Source of the DNA: an uncultured Planctomycetota bacterium
Lineage (GTDB): Bacteria; Planctomycetota; Planctomycetia; Pirellulales; Lacipirellulaceae
DNA: 64,000 bases
Direction: 5' to 3'
Assembly (NCBI GenBank): GCA_963733705.1
Contig: CAVTEJ010000014.1
Span: 10,943-74,942 of the forward strand
This document shows, one piece after another, positions 1 to 10,246 of the stretch; position 1 is the stretch's first letter, and each line of letters opens with the position of its first letter. The notes beneath the pieces are model-generated. The model saw only the letters and a list, made by a program, of their open reading frames with translations. It was not told the origin of the DNA and ran no database searches. The translations under genes were made by a program, and so were the position numbers.

Positions 1-339
1 GAAATCGACGCACCAATCCACGGAAGCTTCGTCGAACGGCGTCGCCATGGGAATGCAGCCGGAGTCGCGAATCGCTTCAATGAGCGTCGCGTAATCACTT
101 TTGCTCATCTGCGTTTCCATTACGCGGCGAACATAGCGAATATCGGTGCGACTCTTGAAATCGTCGTGAATGAAGCTTTCGACGTCGCGAAATTGAACCT
201 TGATCGCAGCCCGAACATCGTTGGCGCGAACAACCTGCGCATGTTGCCGAACGATTTCGATTCCGCGTTCGAGCTGACCGAGATGATTATTCGTCATCTC
301 AAGGACGAATAAATCTTCGAAGATATCGCGAGACACCAT
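1..339 (-). CDS. NeuB-family (sialic/nonulosonic acid synthase-like) PEP-condensing enzyme; only the N-terminal 113 aa are present because the gene runs off the window start
   Basis: Own translation of the minus strand from ATG at 337-339: MVSRDIFEDLFVLEMTNNHLGQLERGIEIVRQHAQ...AIKVQFRD...SGCIPMATPFDEASVDWCVDF. This matches the NeuB/SpsE N-terminal pattern (E-x-x-x-NH-x-G, KxQ, TPFDxxSVD). It is absent from the ORF track because it is cut by the window edge. Confidence 0.6.
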   Translation of the reverse strand, partial: MVSRDIFEDLFVLEMTNNHLGQLERGIEIVRQHAQVVRANDVRAAIKVQFRDVESFIHDDFKSRTDIRYVRRVMETQMSKSDYATLIEAIRDSGCIPMATPFDEASVDWCVDF

Positions 340-364
340 TTATTCGACTCCATTCGAATCATGG

Positions 365-1423
365 TTACAGCAAGTTGCGGCAATCCTCCAACAGGGTGGG
401 GACCGCTGTGGCATCCAATGCCACCTTCTCCATAATACCGGGCCGGCTGGAAAGGATAAACGTCACTTGCTGGCCCGTATTTTTCTTGTCTTGCTTCATC
501 GCGTCGACGATTGCTTCAAGCGGAACAGCCTTAAGCGTCGGTATAAATGCCGCGAAATACGGCCGCGTCCATTCCAAAACGCTTTCGAAATAGCTCGGAT
601 CCGCCATTTTCAGTCGCATGGCGAAATACGTGGCGCAGACTACGCCCATCGTGACCGCGATCCCGTGCGGAATTGCATACAGGGTTGCCGACTCGAACGC
701 ATGCGCAAACGTGTGACCGTAGTTGAGAATATTGCGGATTCCCAGGTCGAATTCATCCTCTTCGATAAACCGCTGTTTGATTTTCAGCGAATTCCAGACG
801 ATTTCGTCGAGTGGCAGCGCCGAAGCGTTCTTCGGTGCTAGCATATCTCGTAGCTTGGCAACTGATTCTCCACCGTCAATCAGATGCAGCTTTATCGCTT
901 CGCCGAGCCCGCTATATAACTCCTCCTGTTGCAAAGACCGGAGGTACTCAAAACACAGCCGAATTTCGTGCGGCGGGTAAAACGTGCCTAGTTGGTTTTT
1001 AAACCGATTGATGTTGAGCGAACTCTTGCTACCGATGCAGCTATCACACTGGGCGAGTAGCGTCGTTGGTATCAGCGTCCATCGAACGCCCCGCATCAAC
1101 ACCGAAGCAATAAAACACCCAATGTCCTGTAGTACACCGCCGCCGATAACGACGAGATTTGAACTTCGCCGGATTTTCCGCTCGAGCAACCAGCAGAAAA
1201 TCGGTTCCACTTGATCGTACGACTTCGCATGCTCCGAAGCATCAATGAAGTATGTCTGTGACGCGGGAACCGAGCCGGCGAATTGCTGCTCGTACAGTTG
1301 GGCTACTTTGCGATCGACAAGAAAGAAGGCGTTTTCGTGCTCTCGAATACCAGCGACGGTCGCGCGGGCATCGTCACATTCGACGACACTGTACGGATGG
1401 CTTTTGCTGCGGATGGTTAACAT
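365..1423 (-). CDS. 3-dehydroquinate synthase-like sugar phosphate cyclase family protein
   Basis: Track ORF 365..1435 starts at GTG. I prefer the ATG at 1423, 2 nt after the upstream SDR stop. Motifs: VVIGGGVLQDIGCFIAS (Gly-rich nucleotide loop), NYGHTFAHAFE and IPHGIAVTMG (metal-binding His), all typical of the DHQS superfamily. Confidence 0.75.
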   Translation of the reverse strand: MLTIRSKSHPYSVVECDDARATVAGIREHENAFFLVDRKVAQLYEQQFAGSVPASQTYFIDASEHAKSYDQVEPIFCWLLERKIRRSSNLVVIGGGVLQDIGCFIASVLMRGVRWTLIPTTLLAQCDSCIGSKSSLNINRFKNQLGTFYPPHEIRLCFEYLRSLQQEELYSGLGEAIKLHLIDGGESVAKLRDMLAPKNASALPLDEIVWNSLKIKQRFIEEDEFDLGIRNILNYGHTFAHAFESATLYAIPHGIAVTMGVVCATYFAMRLKMADPSYFESVLEWTRPYFAAFIPTLKAVPLEAIVDAMKQDKKNTGQQVTFILSSRPGIMEKVALDATAVPTLLEDCRNLL

Positions 1424-1425
1424 GA

Positions 1426-2123
1426 TCAAAGGCACGTAAATCCGCCATCCGCGACCAGAACCTGGCCGGTAATGTACGTATTATCTTCGCTGCACAGGAA
1501 TGCGACAAACTTGGCGATTTCGGCCGGCTCTGCAAGTCGGCCAACAGGAATCGTTTCGGCAATCCGTTCTAAATCTTCGTCAGAGTTGTTCTGCCGTGTT
1601 AGCTCTGTCCCCACATATCCAGGCGCGACGCAATTCACCAGCACGTTATCACGCCCCATTTCGACCGCCATCGTCCGCGTTAGGCCCGCCAGCCCAGCCT
1701 TCGTGGTCGAATAAGCGGCGCGTTGTGCCCGCGTGACAATTCCAAAGATCGAACTCATGTTTACGATTCGGCCCCATCCGCGCCGCGCATCTGCGGCGCA
1801 ACTGCCTGCGCCAAGCGAAACGGTGCCGTGAGATTGGTCTGCAGCATACTCTGCCATGTGTCCGACGCAATCTTCTCAAACGGATTGACGAAATTGATGC
1901 CCGCGTTGTTGACCAAGATATCGATTGTTTTTCCGTCGTCGTCCAGAGATTGAATATATCGTTCAATCGAGTTTGCGTCCGACAGGTCGAGCGCCTGCCG
2001 TGGTGGCGTCAACACTTGCATGCCGCGTTCGCGTAATTCGCTCGCGATCGCCGCGCCAATTCCTCGGCTGCCGCCTGTAACTAACGCTGTACGCCTCGGT
2101 TTAATCTTTGCTGCATTAGCCAT
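1426..2123 (-). pseudogene. Classical short-chain dehydrogenase/reductase (FabG-like), split by one frameshift
   Basis: ORFs 1761..2123 (TALVTGGSRGIGAAIA, NNAGI) and 1426..1857 (GRIVNMSS, YSTTKAGLAGLTR, VNCVAPGY) lie in different frames. Together they make one complete SDR. The frame switch is near 1775-1800. Confidence 0.75.
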
Positions 2124-2163
2124 GCTAGTTCGATTGCCCTTCCCGCGTAAGCTTGCGAGGTGA

Positions 2164-4023
2164 CTAACGAGCCGCTAGCGGCGGTCTTGCATGAGGTTGA
2201 GGCCCCGCCTCACAATCGTCCACGGTCGGCACAATCATGTTCGCTCGCAATTCATCGCGATCGAGAAACGGCGCCATGTCTTCCAGCGGTGTGCTCACAA
2301 TCTCTCCACTCGCCAATCGCCGCGAACTCGATCGCGGCGCAAATCCCTGTTTCAAATCGAGCATGACTTCGCAAATCACAGGCCCATCGGCGCCAAGCGA
2401 ATTAGCGATTTGTTGTTCCAACTCGTCATGGGTTGCGCAGCGAGTGAACTCGATTCCGAATGCACTCGCGAGCCTCTCAAAACTCGGAAACGAGAGGCCC
2501 GATTCCACATCACAACCAACCACATTGTCCGGAAAGAAGCCCCGTTGCGTCTGGCGAATCGAATGATAGCCCTGGTTATTCAAAACAAAAATCTTGATCG
2601 GCAATCGATGTCCGACAATCGTTTGCAGCTCCTGCAGGTTCATCATCACGCTGCCATCCCCTGCAATGCAAACGATCCTTTGCCCGGGGCGTGCGAAAGC
2701 GCAGCCAATCGCCGCGGGTAGATCGTAGCCCATCGATGCACAGCCAGAATTGTGAAATAGCCGCTGATCGCGACGAATGAACGCCGCCTGAAACGCGGCG
2801 ACGCAGGCGGTCCCGTCGCCGGTCGCGACGATTTCGCCCTCACCCAGCTGGTCGAACAGGGACTGCATGAAGCAGTACGGATTAACGCCATCTGCTTCGA
2901 TCCAATATTCGGGCAGAACAACAGGGTATTTTTCCTGCCGCTCTTTGCACCAACCCAGCCACTCTCGCGGCGGTTCGACGGCTCGCTCTTCCGCTTTGAA
3001 TTGCAACATCGGCAGAAAATCGCGCAGGTCCGCATGAATCGGTAAATCAATTTCGCACGTCGGCTTCCGCATTTCTTCCGCGTCGATGTCGACCGCGATC
3101 TTATACGCCGCTCGCGCAAACGCCTTCCAGTTGTAACTCACTTGCCGCATGTTGAGTCGCGTGCCGAGCATCAGCAGGCAGTCGCTATTTTGCACAGCGA
3201 AATTCCCAGGCCGATCACCGATTATTCCAGGCCGCCCAGCAAACAGTGGATGCTCATTCCACAACAGATCGTTTGAATTCCACGCGGTCACCACCGGCAC
3301 GCCAAGCGTCTTAACGAGCGTCAAAAATTCTTCGTAACAGCCGCTCAACCGGATTCCCGAGCCTGCATAAATCACAGGCCTTTCCGCCGACCGCAACTTC
3401 TCTAGCACCAGATCACAAGAGGCCGACAAGTTCGGCGTTTCCCAAGCAATTTCATCTTCCACCGAATCGTATCCCACTAAGTCATCGGGATCGATTTCCG
3501 AACCTTGCACATCAACCGGCACATCGATCCAGCACGGGCCAGGCCGGCCGCTCTTCGCCAAGTGAAGTGCACGCTCCAAGTGATACCGAATCGATCGCGG
3601 ATCATCGACCGTCACCGCATATTTGGTGATGCCGCGCACCATCCCCACGATATCCGCTTCCTGATCACCAAGCTGACGAAGCTTGCCGATCAAGCCGTTC
3701 TTGTAGAGCGTCGTTTCGCGGCGCACCTGCCCGGAAATCACAAGCATCGGGACCGAATCCACCCACGCGCCAAACACACCGTTAAGCGAATTGATGCCGC
3801 CCGGCCCCGTCGTCACATTGACGACGGGCACCTCGCCCGAAATTCGCGCGTAGGCCTCCGCGGCCATCGCTGCAGCTTGCTCGTGATGACAACAGACGTA
3901 CTCCAATTCGCTGCATCGCCCAAACGCATCATTCAAGTGCATCGCTCCGCCACCTGTCACCAAAAAAACGTGGCGAGTGCCGTGTTCTACCAGCCATTGC
4001 ACAATGTAGTCGGCGAGGCGCAT
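2164..4023 (-). CDS. Thiamine-diphosphate-dependent enzyme, acetolactate synthase large-subunit-like (candidate YerE-like sugar carboligase)
   Basis: Track ORF 2164..4065. The ATG at 4023 (MRLADYIVQWLVEHG) lies 17 nt after the upstream stop. The N-terminal Pyr domain has VTGGGAMHLNDAF and CHHEQAAAMAAEAYAR. The C-terminal PP domain has the ThDP/Mg motif IAGDGSVMMNLQELQT...VLNN. Confidence 0.85.
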   Translation of the reverse strand: MRLADYIVQWLVEHGTRHVFLVTGGGAMHLNDAFGRCSELEYVCCHHEQAAAMAAEAYARISGEVPVVNVTTGPGGINSLNGVFGAWVDSVPMLVISGQVRRETTLYKNGLIGKLRQLGDQEADIVGMVRGITKYAVTVDDPRSIRYHLERALHLAKSGRPGPCWIDVPVDVQGSEIDPDDLVGYDSVEDEIAWETPNLSASCDLVLEKLRSAERPVIYAGSGIRLSGCYEEFLTLVKTLGVPVVTAWNSNDLLWNEHPLFAGRPGIIGDRPGNFAVQNSDCLLMLGTRLNMRQVSYNWKAFARAAYKIAVDIDAEEMRKPTCEIDLPIHADLRDFLPMLQFKAEERAVEPPREWLGWCKERQEKYPVVLPEYWIEADGVNPYCFMQSLFDQLGEGEIVATGDGTACVAAFQAAFIRRDQRLFHNSGCASMGYDLPAAIGCAFARPGQRIVCIAGDGSVMMNLQELQTIVGHRLPIKIFVLNNQGYHSIRQTQRGFFPDNVVGCDVESGLSFPSFERLASAFGIEFTRCATHDELEQQIANSLGADGPVICEVMLDLKQGFAPRSSSRRLASGEIVSTPLEDMAPFLDRDELRANMIVPTVDDCEAGPQPHARPPLAAR

Positions 4024-4040
4024 TCGAAAAATCCTTGATC

Positions 4041-5114
4041 TTAAGCCGCGTTGCCACGGCGGCATTCATGCCATTTGAAAGTTCGCTCGATGGCGGATTG
4101 GAAATCGGTTGCGATCGTTAGGCCGAGCTCATGGCGCGCCCGCTCGATGGACGGAACATAGTGCGACGGCGGATTTGTACTCGCCGCGACGTCGCCGCGA
4201 ATGTCGACTTCACAACCGGCCAAATCGGCGACGGACCGCGCCACATTTGCAATCGAGATCGCCTCGTCGCTCCCAACGTTGTAGGCACGGCACGATTCGC
4301 CTTGCAGCAAAATCGTCCATAACCACGCAGCCAGGTCGGCCGCGTACATGTACGACCGATAATCGTGACCCGCACTCCGCACAACCACTGGACCGCCGTC
4401 CAGCGCGTCCCGCAAAAAATTGCCGATCGCGAAATGCCGATCGAGTGGCAAGTACGGACCTACAAATGCAAAACAACGAGCGATCGAATTCTTCATGTCC
4501 CGGTGGTAATGCGCCTCACCGCAAAGCATCTCTGCCACTCGCTTGCCTTCGGCATACGCCGCGGCAGGCGAAAGTGGATTGGGGCCGCCAGTGAAATCCT
4601 CACGGACATGCGTCACGCCTGCCGGTTGCTTTCCGTAAACGGCGCCCGAACTCGCCAGCAGCAATCTCTCGGCTCCGCACCGCTCGCAAAAAGCGAGCAC
4701 ACGTCGCGTTCCGTCAACGATGACGTCAAACATCACCCGCGGGTTTTGCTCATTGAGCGCCGCGCTCGCCTCTGTGGCCGCATGAATGACATGTGTAAAC
4801 AAGCCGTCTGGAAAATCGAAATTACGCACATCCCCAGTTTGAAAGCGAATGCCTTCACAATCCGCCAAATGCGGCATGTCGAGCAAAAATCGCTGCGGAT
4901 CGCGAGTGAGCGCAACAAGTTCGGCCTCGAGCTGCAGTTCGGCATTCGCAAAAACGAACGTCTCCAGCAACCACTTTCCGAAGAAACCGGTCCCGCCGGT
5001 CACAAACAACCGTCCGCCGCGCAGCTGTTCCCACATCGGCAGCGTGTGGCTTAACAAGCTTTGCAAGTCCTCACTCGGAAGAACGGACGATGTGGCAATC
5101 AAACCCTGCGTCAT
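4041..5114 (-). CDS. NAD(P)-dependent epimerase/dehydratase family (extended SDR) protein
   Basis: 357 aa with Rossmann motif [14 protein letters not shown] and YAEGK (YxxxK). The start ATG overlaps the rfbH stop (ATGA at 5111-5114). Confidence 0.85.
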   Translation of the reverse strand: MTQGLIATSSVLPSEDLQSLLSHTLPMWEQLRGGRLFVTGGTGFFGKWLLETFVFANAELQLEAELVALTRDPQRFLLDMPHLADCEGIRFQTGDVRNFDFPDGLFTHVIHAATEASAALNEQNPRVMFDVIVDGTRRVLAFCERCGAERLLLASSGAVYGKQPAGVTHVREDFTGGPNPLSPAAAYAEGKRVAEMLCGEAHYHRDMKNSIARCFAFVGPYLPLDRHFAIGNFLRDALDGGPVVVRSAGHDYRSYMYAADLAAWLWTILLQGESCRAYNVGSDEAISIANVARSVADLAGCEVDIRGDVAASTNPPSHYVPSIERARHELGLTIATDFQSAIERTFKWHECRRGNAA

Positions 5115-6490
5115 TGAGACACAAACTCACGAATCGAGGCGGCGATGTATTCAATCGCCACAGGCGAAAGCCCCGGAAATACGCCCAGCCAAAACACCCG
5201 ATGCATAGCGAAATCAGAATTCTCGAGATTTCCGACGACTCGGAACTCGCAATGCTGATACGCCGGCTGGTGAATCAAGTTACCAGCAAACAACAGGCGG
5301 GTGCCAATTTTCCGCATCCCAAGATGTTTAAGCAGGTCCTCACGCGAGAACTTCGCGGCCGGCCGCACGGCCATCGGAAAACCGAACCAACTCGGATCCG
5401 ATCCTTCGGTCGCCATGGGCAGCAGAAAGATATCTTGAAGGTCGCTGAGCGTATCCCCTAGTAACTGGAAATTCCGTCGACGTGCCGCAATGAAATCTGG
5501 CAACTTCTTCATTTGGGCAACGCCGATCGCGGCCTGCATATCGGTTGCCTTCAAGTTGTAACCAATCCGCGAGTAGGTGTACTTGTGATCGTAGCCGAAC
5601 GGCAATGATCCAAGTTGCCAGCCGAAGCGCTTCCCACACGTGTCATCCTTGCCCGTTTCGCACCAACAATCGCGGCCCCAATCTCGCAACGACTCGGCAA
5701 TCTTTTTAAGCCGCGGGCTATTCACGAGCACCGCCCCGCCCTCCCCCATCGTGATGTGATGCGCCGGATAAAAGCTGCATGTCGCCAGATCTCCAAACGT
5801 GCCAACTTTCTGACCTTTGTAGGTTGCTCCGATCGCGTCGCAACAATCCTCGATCAGCCACAAATCGTACTTTTTCGCGAACGCTACAACGGCATCGAGA
5901 TTAAACGGGTTGCCCAGCGTATGGGCAATCATGATCGCCTTTGTCTTCTCGCTACGAGCGGCTTCAAGCGCTGCCACGTCGATGTTGTAGGTTCCTAGCT
6001 CGATATCCACGAACACCGGCACGCAACCCGTCTGGATGATTGGGTTCACCGTCGTCGGAAAACCCGCGGCCACCGTAATAACTTCATCGCCCGGCCGCAC
6101 TCGATCATCGCCAAGCGTGTGATCCATCAGAACCGAAAACGCAATCAAGTTCGCACTCGAGCCCGAATTTACGAGCAGTGCGAAACGCACTCCCATCAAC
6201 TCCGCAAATTCAAATTCGAACTGCCCCGCGTACCGGCCCGAAGTCAGCCAAAAGTCGAGCGAACTATCGACAAGTGCCGCTAACTCGTCCCCGTCGAACA
6301 CTCGCCCACTTACCGGCGCCGCCGATTGACCTGCAACAAAATTCTTCTGCGGCCAACGGGCCGCGTGGTACGCACGCGTTAGCTCCAGTATCTGGCGCCG
6401 CAGTTCAACCGGATCTTTTGCCGAAACATCGTCGGATGTTCCATTGTCACAAGGGCCGACTATCGTCGATTGATTTGTTCCAGCGGTCAT
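5111..6490 (-). CDS. rfbH: CDP-6-deoxy-L-threo-D-glycero-4-hexulose 3-dehydrase (E1), DegT/RfbH family
   Basis: 459 aa. Long colinear match to my memory of Yersinia/Salmonella E1: [50 protein letters not shown] (His replaces the PLP Lys), RDWGRDCWC...[35 protein letters not shown]. Confidence 0.9.
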   Translation of the reverse strand: MTAGTNQSTIVGPCDNGTSDDVSAKDPVELRRQILELTRAYHAARWPQKNFVAGQSAAPVSGRVFDGDELAALVDSSLDFWLTSGRYAGQFEFEFAELMGVRFALLVNSGSSANLIAFSVLMDHTLGDDRVRPGDEVITVAAGFPTTVNPIIQTGCVPVFVDIELGTYNIDVAALEAARSEKTKAIMIAHTLGNPFNLDAVVAFAKKYDLWLIEDCCDAIGATYKGQKVGTFGDLATCSFYPAHHITMGEGGAVLVNSPRLKKIAESLRDWGRDCWCETGKDDTCGKRFGWQLGSLPFGYDHKYTYSRIGYNLKATDMQAAIGVAQMKKLPDFIAARRRNFQLLGDTLSDLQDIFLLPMATEGSDPSWFGFPMAVRPAAKFSREDLLKHLGMRKIGTRLLFAGNLIHQPAYQHCEFRVVGNLENSDFAMHRVFWLGVFPGLSPVAIEYIAASIREFVSQ

Positions 6491-6537
6491 ATCACGTTCG
6501 CTTCCTGCTTAATCACCACGATCGGTAGGATTCCGTC

Positions 6538-7674
6538 TTACGCGGCAGCCGCTGTGAATTGGCCCGCGCCACGTTGGTGGTGTGCTCTCGCCTCACACGA
6601 GTAGTCACGAATGTCGTCGAGGCACGCCTCCAACATCGATTTTCCATTCGAGTCTTGGAATCGACGATACCACCGTGCCGTATACTCAACCGTTTGATCG
6701 AGAGACCAAATCGGCTCCCAGCCTATCTCCGCCGCTTTGGTAATCGCGAGTTTCAACAGACCCGCTTCGTGAGGCTGGCTTCGGTCACCGACGTATTTCC
6801 ACGTTCCCCCACCCCAAGCCGCACAAAAACGTTCGACCAATTCGCTGACACAACAAGTCCCTGCGTCGTCCGGTCCAAAATTCCACCCGCCGCACAGTTC
6901 CGGCTCATCGGAAGACATCAGTTGCGCCACGAGTTGCAAGTAACCATGCAAAGGGGCCAGCACGTGTTGCCAAGGCCGGACCGCGCGAGGATTTCGCAGC
7001 GGCACGGGGCGTCCTGCAGTTAGATGAGCAACGATATCCGGCACGATTCGCTCGCGCGCCCAATCGCCCCCGCCAATCACGTTCCCGGCTCGCACCGTCG
7101 CCAGCTTAACGGCGTGTTCATCTACTCGAGACGGCGAAAAATACGACCGCCGGTACGAAGCGGCAAGTAACTCCGCCGCACCCTTACTAGCGCTGTACGG
7201 GTCATATCCGCCCATTGCATCGTCTTCACGATACGGCCGTTGCGATTCGATGTTTTCGTAACACTTGTCGCTCGTGATGACGACCACGACGCAAGGTTTT
7301 TGCCGCAAACGAACCGCCTCCAGCAAATTGCATGTTCCCATAATGTTCGTGTCGAACGTATCGCGCGGCGATGCGTAGCTCTCGCGTACGAGGGGCTGTG
7401 CCGCTAGGTGGAAAATCACATCCGGATTGGCATCATCAATCGCGCGCCCAACGTCATCGGCAGAGCGAATATCGCCGATTGAGTGGCGATCGATGATCTC
7501 CTCAACCCGCGACGCCGCGAAGTTCGACGGCGATGTCGGCGGCGCAAGTGAATATCCGCTCACCCGAGCACCAAGTTCGTGAAGCCAAATCGAAAGCCAC
7601 GAACCCTTGAAACCCGTGTGCCCGGTTACGAAGACAGATTTCCCGCGAAAATCACTATTAAAAATCGCTTGCAC
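6538..7674 (-). CDS. rfbG: CDP-glucose 4,6-dehydratase
   Basis: FRGKSVFVTGHTGFKGSWLSIWLHELGA, ITSDKCYEN and YSASKGAAELL are typical of RfbG. The track ORF extends to 7998 but would then overlap rfbF. I chose the GTG at 7674 (VQAIFNSDF), giving 378 aa. The exact start is uncertain. Confidence 0.85.
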   Translation of the reverse strand: MQAIFNSDFRGKSVFVTGHTGFKGSWLSIWLHELGARVSGYSLAPPTSPSNFAASRVEEIIDRHSIGDIRSADDVGRAIDDANPDVIFHLAAQPLVRESYASPRDTFDTNIMGTCNLLEAVRLRQKPCVVVVITSDKCYENIESQRPYREDDAMGGYDPYSASKGAAELLAASYRRSYFSPSRVDEHAVKLATVRAGNVIGGGDWARERIVPDIVAHLTAGRPVPLRNPRAVRPWQHVLAPLHGYLQLVAQLMSSDEPELCGGWNFGPDDAGTCCVSELVERFCAAWGGGTWKYVGDRSQPHEAGLLKLAITKAAEIGWEPIWSLDQTVEYTARWYRRFQDSNGKSMLEACLDDIRDYSCEARAHHQRGAGQFTAAAA

Positions 7675-7699
7675 GATTGTCGCCCTCGCTCTCAGTCGT

Positions 7700-8560
7700 C
7701 TATACGCCGACTCTTTCCAACAATTGCGCGACTGTGCGCCACCGCTGCGGAATTTGATCAGGCAGACCTGCAGTCGATTGATCCCAAACTTTCCATGGCG
7801 CTTCCCCACTTTGCCATTGCGCTTCGAGGCCCTGCCAATCGCGGTAGGTATCCATGCATTGCCAGAAACCTTGATGCTCAAACACGCCCAGGTTGCCGTC
7901 CGCCGCACACCGCTCAAGTGGGTCGGCTTCGAGGGTACAACCCAGCGTATCGTCGAAGTACTGCAAGAAATCGCGCTCGAAACAAAAGAAGCCACCATTG
8001 ATCAGCCCGCGGTGATGCTTTGGCTTCTCGGCAAACGACACGACGCGATCCCCTTCCGTTCGCAGCTCCCCAAATCGCGACGGCGGCCGCACACCAGTCA
8101 GCGTCGCCGCCATTCCATGCTGACGATGGAAGCGAAGGAGTTCGCCCAGGTTCACGTCCGATACGCCATCGCCATACGTCACCATGAACGTGTCGTCGCC
8201 ATCCAAATAGCGAGCAGCCCGCAAAATCCGGGCTCCCGTCATAGTGTTCTCACCCGTGTCGGCCAACGTCACCTGCCACGAATCATCAGAATCGCTGCCA
8301 TGCAGAGCGATGCCTTCCGACTCGTCCAACTTAATCGTGAAGTCGCTATTCATCGCCTTGTAATTGAGGAAATACTCCTTAATTACATGGGCTTTGTAAC
8401 CCAAGCACAGCACAAATTCGCGCACGCCATGAAACGCGTACAGCTTCATGATGTGCCACAGAATCGGCCGACCGCCGATCTCGACCATGGGCTTCGGGCG
8501 AAGCTCGGTATGCTCACGCAATCGAGTGCCCTGACCACCGCATAGGATGATGCATTTCAC
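7700..8560 (-). CDS. rfbF: Glucose-1-phosphate cytidylyltransferase
   Basis: MKCIILCGGQGTRLREHTELRPKPMVEIGGRPILWHIMKLY is the canonical RfbF N-terminus. GTG start preceded by an AAGGAG ribosome-binding site. Confidence 0.9.
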   Translation of the reverse strand: MKCIILCGGQGTRLREHTELRPKPMVEIGGRPILWHIMKLYAFHGVREFVLCLGYKAHVIKEYFLNYKAMNSDFTIKLDESEGIALHGSDSDDSWQVTLADTGENTMTGARILRAARYLDGDDTFMVTYGDGVSDVNLGELLRFHRQHGMAATLTGVRPPSRFGELRTEGDRVVSFAEKPKHHRGLINGGFFCFERDFLQYFDDTLGCTLEADPLERCAADGNLGVFEHQGFWQCMDTYRDWQGLEAQWQSGEAPWKVWDQSTAGLPDQIPQRWRTVAQLLERVGV

Positions 8561-8871
8561 GACAACTCCTTTTGTCTGAAAGCGATTGAGCGGGAAAAAC
8601 TTCAGCGCGAGTATGTTGCTCGTGCCGCTCAGCGTGGGTCAACTCAAGCGGTTTGGCAATTCCATTTGCCAAAGAAATGGGTCGCTTTGATCGTAACGGG
8701 TTCCCCGTCCGCCGACGGGGGGAACGAAATTGTAATTCATTTAAACGGCGGAACAAATCCCAACCGCCTTCAGATTCCGCGGGCTGTGGCGAACGTAAGT
8801 GTCCCTTTGCCAAAGGCCGCGTCGGTTGAATGCTGTCACGCAGCTAGCACTGGCAATTGCATAGGTTCCGG

Positions 8872-9837
8872 TCACGTTCGATCAGCTTTGTCGGAAAACT
8901 CGACACCGATCGCGGACAGCAATTGATAGGAAGTTTGAAACGCGCCGCCGAATCGTGCCCGACGATGAGACGCACTCTGACCCATTCCCGAGCTGTTGAT
9001 GTGGTGATTAAACCGATCCGCCCGGTCGTGCGGTAGCCGAAATCGATCGGCGATATCGTGAAATCCGCCCGCGACATTTGGATATTGGCCGATGTAAGCG
9101 AACTTCTCGTTTACCAGGCGGGCCAGCATACGGCTCGAGTTTTCATCCTCGGGCGCTTCAAATCGCCGCACCGGGATCGGCTTCTCGCACAGCAGCCCGT
9201 AGAAATGATGGTAATAGTAGTATCGAAAAAACGGTTCTTCAGCAGCCATCTCCAAAAGCGTGTCGGTTGACACCTCTACGTCAGTCATCGCATCTACAAA
9301 TCGCGGAGCCCACCGCGCTCTTTCGAGAAAGTCGTTTTGTGCAGCTTGCGTGAAATTGGGCAACACCTGATGCAAATGCGCGACATCCGAGCAAAAGCGT
9401 TCGATCGGATCTCGTACGATCGTAGCGTAAACGATTCGATCTTCCCGCAAAAAACAGCTGATGTTTTGGGGCGTGTGGAGGTGAATCAGCGTCTCGCAGC
9501 GTTTCAGCAATTCCCGATGATCCGCTAACACATTGAGCGCATATTCCGTTGAGCCATAGTCCAATTGCGAGAGATAAAACAAGTCGACAATTGGAACTTT
9601 AATTGATGCGGCACTTCCGGCAAGCGCGTGCCATATAGATGAGCCGCCAGTCCTTGGAATGTGGTAAAAAACGAGATGTCGCGCATCTGGATTCAATGCG
9701 AAAAGCTGCTCGCGAGCTTCATCCCGTTGTTGCCGAGCCTCGTCGCGCTCACGAACCGCCTCGTCTCGTTCATCGGCAATTCGTTGCAGGTCTTGCTCAA
9801 GCGCGCGGCGGCGCTTCGTTTTGCGTAGAAAGGCCAT
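8872..9837 (-). CDS. Sulfotransferase family protein with an N-terminal charged coiled-coil
   Basis: 321 aa. LVFYHIPRTGGSSIWHAL resembles the HIPKTGGTS PAPS-binding loop of sulfotransferase family 2. The N-terminus is a RDEA/RQQRDEAR repeat helix. Confidence 0.6.
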   Translation of the reverse strand: MAFLRKTKRRRALEQDLQRIADERDEAVRERDEARQQRDEAREQLFALNPDARHLVFYHIPRTGGSSIWHALAGSAASIKVPIVDLFYLSQLDYGSTEYALNVLADHRELLKRCETLIHLHTPQNISCFLREDRIVYATIVRDPIERFCSDVAHLHQVLPNFTQAAQNDFLERARWAPRFVDAMTDVEVSTDTLLEMAAEEPFFRYYYYHHFYGLLCEKPIPVRRFEAPEDENSSRMLARLVNEKFAYIGQYPNVAGGFHDIADRFRLPHDRADRFNHHINSSGMGQSASHRRARFGGAFQTSYQLLSAIGVEFSDKADRT

Positions 9838-10246
9838 CTAGCTCCGTTCCAGAGAGCACCGCAGGGGAGTAAGTGGCGAATCGCACGTATCAACCCGGTA
9901 CGGACCGCGTTTACTAAACCCCGCTACGTACTGAAGGTTCTTGCTCTTTGCTCGCAACCACAACATGTGCGTCGCCGCGACCGATCGCCACATCTTCTCC
10001 GCGATCTTCTCGAAATCCATACCTTGCAAGTTTCGTGGAATCACGACCGACTTGCCACTTTTATAACAAGGGCACGTCCAAGCATCCGCAGAATTCGAAG
10101 CAAATATTACTCGCAGATTGTGGCGCACTCCGCTTGTTTTCGGTCCAAATATTATGCGGGGAATCGCCGCCGCGACGTTTTGGCCCTTCTCATCGAATCT
10201 GGCGAACTTCCGGCGATCTCGCTGGGCATTTCTCACGAGGAACAAA

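Noticed and set aside
7607-8545. 312-aa plus-strand ORF, and the N-terminal extension of ORF 6538..7998
   Set aside because: Both overlap the unmistakable rfbF gene. The RfbG homology only begins at FRGKSVFVTGHTG, so the extension is non-coding read-through in the track.
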